DNA of 64,000 nt from an uncultured bacterium (GCA_963749495.1 CAVVMW010000001.1:288001-352000); one strand, 5' to 3'. Shown: positions 26,021-38,925, counted from the first letter of the stretch. Made by a program: numbers and translations. Notes: generated from the letters alone by a model not told the origin.

Positions 26021-27524
26021 ACCGCGCTGGCGCCGCGCCAGCCCATTTTGCCTGCGCCCTACGCCATCATGGCCAACACGGCCAGCAACCTGTTGGGGGT
26101 TCTGCCTGCCGCCCAATTGAGCGGAACAGTCCCGCTGGCGCACTTGAGCGGCCTCACCGGCAGCCAATTTGATGCGGCAACGTGGCAGATGGCCACCAAC
26201 CTGAACGGCGGCTATGCGGCCCTGGCCAGCAACGTGGTCAGCGGTATCAGCAATCAGTGGCGTCTGGACGCAGCCAATGCAGCCTCGGCCGCGACAAACG
26301 GCTATGCCGCCACCGTCACGAATATCGCAAATTCCTACCGCTCGGATTCGTTCACAATCATGCAGTTGCCAGACGAGCAGGCGGTTGATGAGGACCCCAG
26401 TACTGGCCGATGTTCACCAATACTGTGCAATGGATATTGAGCCAGCAAGCCACACAAAATGTGCAGGTACTGCTGGTCCCGGGAGATTTGGTTGATGATC
26501 CCAATGTCTACGTTGGTTATTATCCCTTGTTGACGAACCAATACCAGCTGCTTCGCAACGTCGGTATTTCTGTCGTGGTCATTCCAGGAAATCACGATTT
26601 ATATGTGGAAGGTGGTATCGCTAATGGCTGGTCTGGCACCAATTATGAAATTGGTGCGGCATGGCGAAACGCGGACCCGCACTTCACCGCTGGCATGAAT
26701 GCCACCGCGTCGGGTGGGACGACAAATTCCAGCGGCAATTATCTCTACACCTATGTGCTCAATGGTGTTAAGGTGGCTGTTCTGGCTCTGGAATGGCACC
26801 CATCCGACGCAATTCTGAACTGGGCGGATTCCGTAGTCACCGATTATCCCGATTACAGCATCATCTTGGAAACGCACGGTTTCCTGAGCAATGTTCCTGC
26901 GCTATCCGAAGAATCTCGGGCGGTCGAGATTTGGAATCACGCCTCATGCTGGCCTAATCTCGTGCAGGTGGTTTGCGGTCATTGGGGCGCCGACGGGCAG
27001 ACACTTGACAATACCTGGTCGTGGTGGCCTGCGAGCGGCGCGGCAGGCAACCTGGTCAATGGGTTTATGTTCGATCTTCAGAATATTGAACCGCAAGTGA
27101 ATTTCGTTCGTTGTTACCAATGGTGGCCTTCAATCGGGCAAATTCACATGCGCACGTATGAGACGGTCACGAACGCGTGGCTTACGAATAACCACGGTGA
27201 GTTATGGTTTCCGATGAAGTGGGCGCTTGCGCCCGCATTGGGGGGGGGGCAGCCTTGCTGTCCACTCCCTCAACCCTGACCAATGTTGCGGCGGCCAAAG
27301 TAGCCAGTTGCGCAACTAATACCGCCAGTATTGGCCAAACCGGATGGACTAATGACTTTGGGGTCAACGCAGTGGTTTATGTGACAGCCACGGCGGCTAC
27401 TTTGAGCGATGCGAATGGCAACAATCTTATGACGTTCGGCGCCATCACGACGATGCCGGTCGAGATGCACCCGAACTGGCGGCTCACCGGAACCTCCATG
27501 AGCGGGACGGCGATTGCGCAATGA
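26021..27524 (+). pseudogene. 5'-truncated modular secreted protein with a metallophosphoesterase domain; two frameshifts (about 26395 and 27240)
   Basis: Begins mid-module (ALAPRQPILPAPYA); motifs LPDEQ, GDLVD, PGNHD, ETH and CGH; three ORFs join at a C4 run and a G10 run. Confidence 0.7.
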
Positions 27525-27599
27525 ACGTGGAAAACGCAATGGGCCGGAGATTCCGGCGAGTCTGAACGACCGTAAAGGTAAAGGGGTCGGAATTCTGAT

Positions 27600-27830
27600 T
27601 CTTGCCCATATCTCTGTCAACGCAGCCTCTCCGTATGCTTGTTGCAACCGCTCCTTGAGCCGCTCCAGTCCGACGTCCACCCCGCTGTTGGCCCGCCCGA
27701 TGGCTTGCGCCACCCGCGATTCGTCCCCCATCTCTAGCCGCTCGCTCGCCCAACGCCGCCGCACTGTCGTGTGCTGGCACAACCACGACGCCAACACCTG
27801 CTTCTCCGGCGCTCCTTTAGTGGTCATGAA
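27600..27830 (-). pseudogene. C-terminal (HTH-like) remnant of a RAYT-type transposase
   Basis: KGAPEKQVLASWLCQHTTVRRRWASERLEMGDESRV resembles the C-terminal extension of long RAYTs. Confidence 0.5.
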
Positions 27831-27837
27831 CACCTTA

Positions 27838-28080
27838 CTATTCCACCGTCAGTCCCACCGTGAACGGACAAGTCATGGTTTCTGTGGAGACGTAGCTGAT
27901 GCTGTCGAGCTTGACGTCCGGTTGTGGGTTGTCAAAGGCCGTCTTGTAGAGCACGAGGGACCGATCGGGCGCCCACTTTTCAATCAGAGGATTGGTGCCC
28001 GTCCAAGCCCGGTCCGTGCCGGGTGCCAATTGGCAAAACGCCGGATTCAGCCCCGTGGAATAGAGCGGGAACCACCAATC
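27838..28080 (-). pseudogene. C-terminal fragment of a beta-sandwich-like domain protein
   Basis: DWW..AWTGTNP..LYKTAFDNPQPDVKLDSISYVS..CPFTVGLTVE looks like a domain end; no credible start. Confidence 0.45.
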
Positions 28081-28210
28081 CGCCTCTACGCCGACACCAC
28101 TTTGTTCTTGCGCGTGCCGCGGTCCCCTCGTATAATCGGCGTCCTGAACAATTGATGATGCACATCCTTCCAAGCCGCAATCCCTCTTGGCTCCAATCAA
28201 AGCATCAGAG

Positions 28211-30706
28211 ATGGGAGCCACCGTGACTCATGCCAAGACCGCCGCCCGCGCGGCGCTCTTGTGGGTCTTCGCAGCGCTGGCACTGATTTTGGGCACGATG
28301 ATGGATGCCCCGTGGGACAGGGTCATCGCAGGGACGCCGGGCATGGCCCTCACTTATCAGGGCCGGCTTGATTATAACGGCAGCCCGGCCAGCGGGACCT
28401 ACGATTTCCGGTTCACCCTCTACGACGCCGCCACTCAGGGCATGGTGGTCGCCGGGCCGTTGACCAACTCCGATGTCCAGGTCTCCAACGGCCTGTTCTG
28501 TGTGACGCTCGACTTCGGGTCCGTCTTCGACGGCAACACCCGGTGGCTGCAAACCGATGTGTGCAGTTCTGGGCTGGGCGCCTTCAACAGCCTGGCCCCG
28601 CGCCAGGCGATTAGCCCTGTTCCTTACGCCTTCGCAGCCGGCACCGCGGCCGGCCTGGCGGGCACGTTGCCGGCCGCGCAATTGACCGGGACGGTCGGTC
28701 TGACGCAACTGCCTGGCTGCCTTCTGACCAACGGCCAGGCCGGCATCAGCCTTACCGGCGCCTTCACAGGCAATGCCGCCGGCTTGACCAATTTGAACGC
28801 CGGCGCCTTGGCGAGCGGCACGCTCCCCCTGGCCCGGTTGCCGGACCTGGGCTTTGCCGTGCCGCAGATGTTCGGGGCTGTGGGCGACGGGGTCACCGAC
28901 AACACGGCGGCGCTCCAGGCCTGCATCAATTACTGCATCGCCAACCACACGGCCATGCAGTTGCTGGCGGGCAGCCCGTGTTACCAGATCTCAGATTGGC
29001 TCCACGTGAACGGCGCGCTGACGGTGCGCGGGCCGGGCGAGGGCATTCACTTCCCGGACGTTGATCCGCCAGCCCGGGCTCACATCCGCCAAGGCGCGCC
29101 GGGCGCGGGCGGCTTCCTCATCTCCGCCAGCAGGCCCGGCAATGTGCCGCCGCCGAACTGCGTCCACTTCGAGAACGTCTATGTCTCCGCAGACCCCTGG
29201 AACACGAACGCGGCCTTTGCCTTCGACGGGACCGCGGCGGACACGGACCAGCCCAGGATCATCAGTTGCGGCGCGTCCAACTTCATGTTCGGAGTCGTGA
29301 ACGCCACCGCGACCGCGCTGCTCATTGAGTCCAGCGACTTTGACCGAGTGGGTTACGGCTACTACCAGGGCCCGGGCATCTGGGGTTATACGACCAACCA
29401 TGCCACAGTTGCGAACGTCAACAAAATTTCCTGCACGGCGCTGGGCGGATTCACGAATTGTGTCCTGTGCCTCCACGGCTGGCTGACCCTCGACAATTGC
29501 GACATCGGCGGCTGGCCGACCGGCCCCGTGATCTACGCCTACAACTGCAGCCTCACCCTGGACCACGTCAACATTGAGAACGCCGGCCCCTCGCCCTGCA
29601 TCGCAGCGAACGAGGCGAGTGTGGACATCTACGGCGGCCAGATCCAGGAGCTGGGCGCTGTGGGCCCAAACACCTACGGGTTGGTTCTGACGAACGGCAC
29701 AGCCTGGCTTACCGGCGTCGGCTATCTCAACGCCAACTCGGACGGTTTCGCCATCCTGGAGAATAACTATTGCAGCTACGTGTTTTCTGCCGTGCCGTTC
29801 AGGGAACGCATTTGGGACGGCGGCGCACTCTGGACCAACTTCACCGGGCTCTTCGTCAGCGCGCGGGGCTGGCCATCGGCGGGAGCGGCCGGCGGTCCCT
29901 TAAGGGGCGTGTATGGGACCGCGCCAACCCTCATCTTCCGCCAGGGCATGGGCGGCCTAAACCAATCCGGCATCTTCGCGCCCGTCGGGATGGAGAGCTA
30001 CGGCGGCGGCGGGGGGGCCGTCTTCGTGGACCTGCTCCAGTATCAGAAAGACCAGGCGCGCGGCCTGGCCGCTACCTATGCCGCGGCCGCCGGCAGCGTC
30101 ACCAACGGCGGCAACGGGAGCTTCACCGGCGCCTTTGCCGGCAGCGGGGCGGGCTTGACCAACCTGCCCGCGTTGCCCAGCGAGCTGTTCGCCTGCTCCC
30201 ACACCCCTGCCGGGATCACCAACTCGGCGCAGCCCAGGACAGTCTATAGCGTGACCATCCCCGGCAACGCCCTGGGCAGGAACGGGACCTTGCGCGCCTC
30301 CTGCCTGCTCTCGGCCAATGGCTCGGCAGGCGTCGAGGTGCGCTACTACTACGGCAATATCTATGGCAATACCCTTATGGCCTGTTTCACCGGGTCCTCG
30401 GGCTACAGGTCGCTGTTTGGCGTCAGAGAGATAGCCAACCGGAACGCCCCGGATTCACAAATCAGTCTGCCCACCGGCTCGCCGGCGGTCTATGGCAGCA
30501 GCCCGGTCGCGCCGGCGGCCTGCCAGGCCTTCGACACCTCCAAGGACTTCACCTTCAGCATCGCCTTGTTCCCGTCGGGCAGCACCGGGACCAACACGCT
30601 CGAAGACGGTGGATGTCGAACTGCTGCACCACGATTAGACAACTGGAAATCAAGCTCGATTTTCGGCGGCGGGTCTGCCAGGGTGCTTCCCGACACCGCC
30701 CCCTGA
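28211..30706 (+). CDS. Large secreted modular protein: TYQGRL..PRQ..PYA N-terminal module plus a pectate-lyase-like beta-helix
   Basis: Signal peptide, LTYQGRL..YDFRFTLYDA..VSNGLF.VTLDFG..PRQ..PVPYA, two F.G...GLTNL linkers, FGAVGDGVTDNTAALQ; true end may be 30638 if a 1-nt insertion lies near 30604. Confidence 0.8.
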   Translation: MGATVTHAKTAARAALLWVFAALALILGTMMDAPWDRVIAGTPGMALTYQGRLDYNGSPASGTYDFRFTLYDAATQGMVVAGPLTNSDVQVSNGLFCVTLDFGSVFDGNTRWLQTDVCSSGLGAFNSLAPRQAISPVPYAFAAGTAAGLAGTLPAAQLTGTVGLTQLPGCLLTNGQAGISLTGAFTGNAAGLTNLNAGALASGTLPLARLPDLGFAVPQMFGAVGDGVTDNTAALQACINYCIANHTAMQLLAGSPCYQISDWLHVNGALTVRGPGEGIHFPDVDPPARAHIRQGAPGAGGFLISASRPGNVPPPNCVHFENVYVSADPWNTNAAFAFDGTAADTDQPRIISCGASNFMFGVVNATATALLIESSDFDRVGYGYYQGPGIWGYTTNHATVANVNKISCTALGGFTNCVLCLHGWLTLDNCDIGGWPTGPVIYAYNCSLTLDHVNIENAGPSPCIAANEASVDIYGGQIQELGAVGPNTYGLVLTNGTAWLTGVGYLNANSDGFAILENNYCSYVFSAVPFRERIWDGGALWTNFTGLFVSARGWPSAGAAGGPLRGVYGTAPTLIFRQGMGGLNQSGIFAPVGMESYGGGGGAVFVDLLQYQKDQARGLAATYAAAAGSVTNGGNGSFTGAFAGSGAGLTNLPALPSELFACSHTPAGITNSAQPRTVYSVTIPGNALGRNGTLRASCLLSANGSAGVEVRYYYGNIYGNTLMACFTGSSGYRSLFGVREIANRNAPDSQISLPTGSPAVYGSSPVAPAACQAFDTSKDFTFSIALFPSGSTGTNTLEDGGCRTAAPRLDNWKSSSIFGGGSARVLPDTAP

Positions 30707-30877
30707 AAAGGTGAAAAGCCATAACATGGTGCGTTGTTGTTCATAACCCGAGGAGGCATCGTGGCCGCCCACGCACAGTCGGCCTCAATGCCGCTTGCAA
30801 GCGGATGTTCTCGCTTCTGAGGGGGCAAGTCAAGATAAATGGACCATGTTGTGGGCTGCCCCCTTTCATTCGGGAGC

Positions 30878-31040
30878 GGTGGTACTGTCAGGCTGGGCCC
30901 GCCTCGGCGTCTCGCGCCAGGAGCCAGAGCAGATCGGAAAGCCGGTTCAGGTAAATGACGAGCTGGGGATTCTGAAGCTGGCCGGCCTGTTGGAGGGCGC
31001 GGACCCGCCGCTGGGCGCGGCGGCAGACCGCGCGGGCCAG
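30878..31040 (-). repeat. Diverged duplicate of the 3' end of the PduO-type adenosyltransferase gene
   Basis: 163-bp direct repeat of 31702-31864, about 7 mismatches by manual alignment. Confidence 0.9.
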
Positions 31041-31280
31041 AAAGGAAAGGGAAGGGGCTCGATGGAGTCGTCTCGGTGTCGGGCACTCCAATCCCTTTGC
31101 TGCGGAGCACCTGCGGGGCTTCCTGGCGGAGCGCTGGCGAAGCATAAAATCCGTGAGTCGAAGCGTGGATTTGGCAACATTGAGCTGATTGATGGGTTTG
31201 GCGACCGGATATATTGACCCCGCCCCGAGGGTTCGCCGCCCGGCTTGACTCCACGGCCTTCGCCGCTACATTGGGGCGTC

Positions 31281-31634
31281 ATGGGACTGACACATATCGA
31301 AGGAACCGTGGCCGGCCCGGCGGGAAAGGAGGCCACGCTAAAATTCCTGGTGGGCAGCGGCGCAACCTACACGGTGCTGCCATACAAGGTCTGGCGCGCC
31401 ATCCGGTTGAAAGGGACGGATACCGTGACATGCACCCTGGCGGACGGGACTGAGGTGAAACGGAAGGTCTCCGACTGTTACATCACGCTTCCCCAAGGGA
31501 AGCGGCAGACGCCGGTGATCCTCGGAGAGAAGGATGACGAAGCGCTCCTGGGCATGGTTACCCTCGAGGAATTCCGCCTGATCCTGAACCCCTTCAACCG
31601 GAAGTTGCAGCCGATCCGCATAATGCTCGCGTAG
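31281..31634 (+). CDS. Clan AA (retropepsin-like) aspartic protease homolog with altered catalytic motif
   Basis: MGLTHIEG..FLVGSGATYTVLP..LADG..TPVILGE..ALLG.VTLE...L.LNP; VGSG where the family has VD(S/T)G. Confidence 0.8.
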   Translation: MGLTHIEGTVAGPAGKEATLKFLVGSGATYTVLPYKVWRAIRLKGTDTVTCTLADGTEVKRKVSDCYITLPQGKRQTPVILGEKDDEALLGMVTLEEFRLILNPFNRKLQPIRIMLA

Positions 31635-31711
31635 CAGGCCCAACCGGCCGATGCGATAAGCGGACTAAAGTCCGCGCGCCCGCCCTTGCGCCTTCGGGAC
31701 TGGTGGTACTG

Positions 31712-32245
31712 TCAGGCTGCGCCCGCCTCGGCGTCTCGCGCCAGGAGCCAGAGCAGATCGGAAAGCCGGTTCAGGTAAATGACGATCTCAGGATTCTGAA
31801 GCTGGCCGGCCTGCTGGAGGGCGCAGACCCGCCGCTCGGCGCGGCGGCAGACCGCGCGGGCCAGGTCGAGGGCCGCCCCGTGGAGGCTGCCGCCCGGCAT
31901 GGCCCAGTCCCCCGGAGAAACACCCGCCGCTTCGAGCGATGCGATGGCCCGTTCGAGACGGGCCGTCCGCTCCGGCTTCACCGCCGGCCGTCCTTCCGCG
32001 GCATAGCGCGGCAGGTCCTCCAGTGCCGTGGCCAACTCGCCCATCAGGGCCACCAGGTCCTGTTGGATCGCCAGCAGGCGCTCTTGGGCCGCGCCCGCTC
32101 CAACTGTCGCCCGCGCCAGCCCAAGCGCCGCATTCAGTTCGTCCACGCTCCCGCACGCCTCCAGGCGAGGATGGGCCTTGGGCACGCGGCGGTTGTACAT
32201 CAACCCGCTCATCCCGTCGTCGCCGGTCTTTGTCGTGATGCTCAC
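31712..32245 (-). CDS. ATP:cob(I)alamin adenosyltransferase (PduO type)
   Basis: ITTKTGDDG, RV.K..RLEACGSVDELNA, ARAVCRRAER, YLNRLSDLL..LAR; GTG start. Confidence 0.93.
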   Translation of the reverse strand: MSITTKTGDDGMSGLMYNRRVPKAHPRLEACGSVDELNAALGLARATVGAGAAQERLLAIQQDLVALMGELATALEDLPRYAAEGRPAVKPERTARLERAIASLEAAGVSPGDWAMPGGSLHGAALDLARAVCRRAERRVCALQQAGQLQNPEIVIYLNRLSDLLWLLARDAEAGAA

Positions 32246-32248
32246 GGC

Positions 32249-32372
32249 GGCGAGTGTCGAGTGCCGAGGGGCGAGTGTCGAGTGCCGAGGGGCGAGTGCC
32301 GAGGGGCGAGGGGCGAAGGACGAAGGACGAAGGACGAATGACGAATGACGAATGACGAATGACGAATGACGA
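32249..32372. repeat. Heptamer microsatellite (CGAGTGT/CGAGGGG/GACGAAG/GACGAAT)
   Basis: About 17 tandem 7-mers with graded sequence change. Confidence 0.85.
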
Positions 32373-32404
32373 AACGGGGGCGCGCGGGCGAGGGCGCGAA
32401 GCGC

Positions 32405-32481
32405 TTTGGAGTGCGCCAGTCCTCTGGCGCTTTCGCGTCGCCTGGCTCCCAAAAAGCGGCAGAGGACTGCCGCACTCCAAA
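32405..32481. repeat. TTTGGA(C/G)TGCG palindromic family B, copy 1
   Basis: TTTGGAGTGCGCCAGTCCTCTGGCGCTTT...AAAGCGGCAGAGGACTGCCGCACTCCAAA. Confidence 0.85.
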
Positions 32482-32527
32482 ACCTTCGGGCTTGGGGGCG
32501 AGTGCCGAGCGGCGGCGGCGCCGCCCC

Positions 32528-34493
32528 CTATGGTCCCAGGCGATAGAACGCCGCCGAGGCGGCAGGGGCGTTAGTGACGAAATCCCAGCCGCGGATCATG
32601 ACGGGCGCGATGTTCACTGCCGACCAGGCACCGGTCGAGGTCAGGCTGGCGGCGGATTGGAGGTTCAAACCGAGCGAGGCCTGCCACGAGAGGACGACTT
32701 GGCTGCCGGTCCGGCTGATGGTCAGCACAGCCGGGGGGCGCGTGGCCGTTAGTTGCACCAGCTCGATGCCTTGGCTCAGCCCGAGGTTGCGGCTGTACTG
32801 CTTGCTGAGCGGACTGTTCCAGTGCTCGTGAACGCCGAGACTGGCGAGGCGCGTCCCGCTCTTGGCCGGATCATAAAAGGTCCCCGAGGGGGGATTGCCG
32901 GCCAGGGCCATTTCGTGGAGATAATCCTCCGCGCCACCCTGGAGCAGGTTGCCCGGGCTGTCGCTCGCGTTGTTGACCACGTTCGGCCATTCGTTGAGGA
33001 GGAAATCGTAGCAGACGGAGTCGATCGCCACGGGGTCCTGGGAGACGAACAAGCTCGATGGCCAGCGGCCGGCGAAAGGCGGCATCTTCCACGGCTTGGG
33101 ATGGGAGTCCCAGAAATAGCCGCCGTAGAGGCCGTCCACCAGGCAAAGCAATATCTTGCCACCCAACGCCGGGTGGCCCATCAAGTCCACAATGGCGCGG
33201 TAATGGCCCAGCCCCGGCTGGCCCCCGACCGACGGATCCGGATTCGGGGTGCTCGCGTGCATACTACTGTAATTGAGATTGGTACCCTGGTTCAGCCCAG
33301 AGCCGTCCCGGAAGTAGCCGTCCGGGCACCGGAGCAGCGAGCCATAGAGATTCTTGCCGCACAACGTCACGCCCACGCTGTGGCCTTTGAGCACCGCGAA
33401 ATCGATGAGGTAATCGGCTTGGGCGAAAGGCACTGGAATGTAATCCTGCACCACCGCCCCAGCGCTGGCACGAATGACGCTCCAACCGAAGGGCACCGCA
33501 GAGAACTGGACCCGCATCCGCCCGGCGCCGCCGAAATTGTCGAAAATATTCACCTGCGGAAACTCGGGATGCAGCATGTCCCACATATATTTTGGGAAAT
33601 TCCCCGTCGGATCGCCCAGGAAGATGTTGGTTTGGTCCACGCCCACGGTGTAAACCAGGTGCCGCAGCAGGGAGAGCAGGAGTTGCGGGGAGTTATCGAT
33701 CGTGTTGAGCCAATGGCCGTCCCAGGTACTGGTTCTGTTTTTCATAAGTGCCAGTGATGTCCACTGTCTGCGTTCCCGAAGCCGCATTGCAGGTGGTGAG
33801 GTTTATCTTGATGGCGATCTTCTCGCCCGCCTGGTAGCCGGCCTGGCCTTTGCCGTGGTTCTGATTGAAGTACTTGAAAATCGAGTCCCAGGCCGCCGCA
33901 TCCGAGTTCGTTCCGCCCACCGACTGGATGGCTTTGGACATCATGACTTCCACTGTGGCCAGGTCCGTGTGGTTGGAGGCAAACCAGTGCTCCGGGGAAG
34001 TGTATCCCGCCCAACTTGTGGCTGTCGGCGCATAGACCCAGGCCACCCGCCCTGGGAAAATGCCCTTGCCCACGCCCAGCGGTCCATGGGGCGGGTTGCC
34101 CGCGAAAGTGCGCGCCAACGGCACGTGGGCTCCGGCCACTATGACCCCAACCAAGGCCGCCGTTCCCCACAAACACGCCCTCCAAACCCGCTGGTTCCGG
34201 CCTCGGGCCTTGCGCCAGGCAAAGGCCGAGCCCAGCACGGCCAGCAGCCACACCACAAAACTGCTCGCCAGCGGAAAAGCCACCCGCTGGCAGGGATAAG
34301 CCGCCCGGCTCGGTTTGGGAATGACCCGTGCCAGGAACCAAACCAGCGAAAACAATCCCACGCCCGAAAAAAGCCAAACCAAACGGTTGCCACGGCGCGC
34401 CGGCCCCAAGACGCGCCCGGTCACAGGGCATATCTTTTGGGCGTGGGAGGGGTTCGGGGGAGGATAACCGGCATGAAGACGAGGCATGTTCAT
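32528..34493 (-). CDS. DUF362-domain membrane protein with C-terminal FYRL module; frameshift at about 33721
   Basis: PKPSRAAYPCQR, GKGIFPGRVAWV, KIAIKINL, LKGH..GVTLCGKN, SQDPVAIDSV, GVHEHWN; two ORFs join as YEKQNQY-L-DGHWLN on removing one base. Confidence 0.75.
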
Positions 34494-34693
34494 GTTAATT
34501 GCAGACCGAGCCTGCAGACTCGGGCATGAAGCGGAGCATAGACTTGCGCTGGGACAACACAAGCAAGAACGGAGCCGGGGTGCAGGACGGAAATCTGCAC
34601 AATTCTGTCTCAAGCCCGCCGGACAATTCAGGCGAAAATCCATCTTTACAACCGAGGGCCGCTTTGCCACTTTGGCGGCCTATGCGCACTCTG

Positions 34694-35059
34694 ATGAAAC
34701 TTTCGCCCGTCCTGCTTCTGGGGCTGCTGCTGGCCGGTTGCAACGCGACCTTCACCAACCTCAGCCCCACCATCCAGGACCGGAATCCCACCAACCAATA
34801 CCCGGTTGAAGTCGCCTTGGACAGCTCCCAGCAGACCCTTCGCTGGGAGAGCATCCGTCCCAAGATCGTCGTCGGCAAACAGTCCTATCCCCTGCAGCCC
34901 ACCCCGTTGATGACCAATCGCTGGGAGGGCCTGCTGCCCGTGCCCGAAGGCGCCGCAGTCGTCCGCTACCATTACAAGTTCGATTTCGATTACAATTCCT
35001 TCGGCAAACCCAAGGCCGACAGCGCCGTCTCGCCCGAGTACATCCTGCGGGTCAAGTAG
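34694..35059 (+). CDS. Small lipoprotein
   Basis: MKLSPVLLLGLLLAGC lipobox; beta-rich domain. Confidence 0.8.
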   Translation: MKLSPVLLLGLLLAGCNATFTNLSPTIQDRNPTNQYPVEVALDSSQQTLRWESIRPKIVVGKQSYPLQPTPLMTNRWEGLLPVPEGAAVVRYHYKFDFDYNSFGKPKADSAVSPEYILRVK

Positions 35060-35147
35060 GGGTACGTGCAAAGAGCAATTCCGGCGGCCTTGTTGCGGAT
35101 TCAGTGGGCCGTGCAAGAATTAATTCCGATTTCCCTGTAGGCGGACC

Positions 35148-35350
35148 AGGGCCATTGACAAACTCGCTCGGCGCGCCTGTGCGCCAGGGGCGCCAGCGTA
35201 GCGCAGGTTGCCAAACCTGCTGTATCGCGGGTTTCCAAACCCGCAAGCCGTCCGCAAACGGGGGGCGCTCGACATGCCGATGCCCTGCCGATTGGAAATC
35301 GGCGATACAGCAGGTTTGGAAACCTGCGCTACAACTTTGTCAACGGCCCT
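35148..35350 (+). mobile_element. MITE-like element family A, copy 2
   Basis: AGGGCCATTGACA...TGTCAACGGCCCT; near-identical to 3183-3385. Confidence 0.85.
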
Positions 35351-35547
35351 CGTCGGCGGACGCAGCGAGCGCACTCTCCCGCAGAGCTGGAACACGTGAA
35401 ATTCGTCCGCGCGTCCGTGCCTCGCGAAGCGCCTGGAGCATCCCGATGCTGATATGGCGGATAAGTTAACATCACTTATAGCGTTTCTTCTTCCAAAAAT
35501 CAGTTTAGTTTGCTTGACCTCGGCCCGGCAACCATTAGATTCTTGCC

Positions 35548-36361
35548 ATGGCGCCGTTCCGGGCGAAACCGGGGGCGGCGCCGGCGCCTTTTGCCGATGA
35601 AGACAATGACGAAGCTTTTCGGGCTCGACGACGATGGCAGGCCGCTGGAAGGGGTTTCCCGGGCCCGACGACCTGGGCCGCCGGCCTGTTCACATCGTCG
35701 CTGGGCAAGAAGGTACTTGATGGCGGCGACGGGATTCATTCTGTTCCTGTTCGTTGTGGGCCACCTGGCGGGCAACCTGCAGTTCTTCCTGGGCCCGGAG
35801 GCGATCAACCGCTACGGCCATTTCCTGCAGTCCAACGTCGAGCTGCTCTGGCTGGCGCGGATTGTCCTGCTGCTGATGGTGGGGGTGCATTTGTGGGCGG
35901 CATCCAAACTGACGCTGGAGAACCAGGCGGCGCGGCCGGAGGGCTATGCCCTCTATCGGGCGGTGGGCTCGACGTGGGCCTCGCGCCACATGCTGATGAG
36001 CGGGTTAATCATCCTGGTCTTTGTCATCTACCACATCCTGCATTACACGGTGCAGGTCCAGGCGGTGAACCTCACGGGCCAGGATTTCGTGAGCTTGATG
36101 GACCCTGACAAGCGGCACGATGTGTTCCGCATGATGGTGACGGGGTTCAGCAATGCGTGGGTCTCGGCCTTTTATATCCTGGGCATCGGGTTGCTCTGCC
36201 TGCACCTGAGCCACGGGGCCGGGAGCATGTTCCAGTCCCTGGGCTGGAAGAACGACACCTACCGGCCGCTGCTGGACAAGCTGGCGCGGGTGGCGGCGCT
36301 GCTGCTCTTTTTGGGTTATGCCTCGATTCCCGTGGCGGTGCTGCTTGGCTACGGCAGATGA
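35548..36361 (+). CDS. sdhC: Succinate dehydrogenase/fumarate reductase cytochrome b subunit; apparent +1 frameshift at about 35712
   Basis: FTSSLGKK in one frame, YLMAATG..H..GNL..H..H..HL.HG..S.FQSLG in the next; start uncertain. Confidence 0.85.
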
Positions 36362-36363
36362 TC

Positions 36364-36470
36364 TGAGTGCGGAATGCGGAGTGCGGAATGCGGAATGCCT
36401 GGCCGAATGCGGAGTGCGGAGTGCGGAGTGCGGAATGACGAATGACGAATGACGAATGACGAATGACGAA
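36364..36470. repeat. Heptamer microsatellite (GGAATGC/GGAGTGC then GAATGAC)
   Basis: About 15 tandem 7-mers between sdhC and sdhA. Confidence 0.85.
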
Positions 36471-36505
36471 TCGCGAAAGACGAAGCGGCAAATCTCTTGG
36501 CTGAT

Positions 36506-38422
<1,917 letters not shown>

Positions 38423-38574
38423 ATTCCATGAACTTGACACTCAGAGTTTGGCGCCAGAAGAACCGGAAGGCCGCCGGCCATTTCGAGACCTACGGGGCAA
38501 CCGGCATCGGGCCCGACATGTCGTTCCTGGAGATGCTCGACGTGGTCAACGAGGACCTGACCGGGGAATGGCAC

Positions 38575-38925
38575 TTACTTAGTGCCTAAAACTTTGGCGC
38601 TTAGGCGCTTGCGTCGATGGGGATGAGGTGCCCTCTGGAAGATAATCTTGCGGGACAGCCGCTCCATGTCACGCAACAGCCCCCGCACCTGTCGGTAGTG
38701 GTTAACCGCTTGGCGCATCTGCTCGAACTCCTCCTGGGTTAGTGAGACGGTGATCGTCTTCTGCGCGACTTTGCGCGTCCACTGGTAACCGGTACCTCCG
38801 CCCGAGCGCCGCGTGCGGTCCTGCACCGAGCCCTGGCTGAGGTAGCCTATTTGGCTCAAACGGCGTCGCAATTGCTCGTATTGCCGGTCCCAGGAGGCGG
38901 TGCCCTCATACAGATTTTTGTTCAT
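38575..38925 (-). CDS. IS-borne small basic protein, DUF6788-like
   Basis: [25 protein letters not shown]...M..AV..YR pattern; stop codon inside the left TIR. Confidence 0.7.
   Translation of the reverse strand: MNKNLYEGTASWDRQYEQLRRRLSQIGYLSQGSVQDRTRRSGGGTGYQWTRKVAQKTITVSLTQEEFEQMRQAVNHYRQVRGLLRDMERLSRKIIFQRAPHPHRRKRLSAKVLGTK

Noticed and set aside
30490..31254. ORFs spanning the duplicated PduO end
   Set aside because: Chimeric frames with no start or N-terminal motif; only the 163-bp duplicate is supported
32246..32452. N-terminal extensions of PduO, RsmH, MurF, MurG, FtsQ and FtsA in the ORF track
   Set aside because: They are translations of repeats or of overlapping upstream genes; better starts exist at the family N-termini
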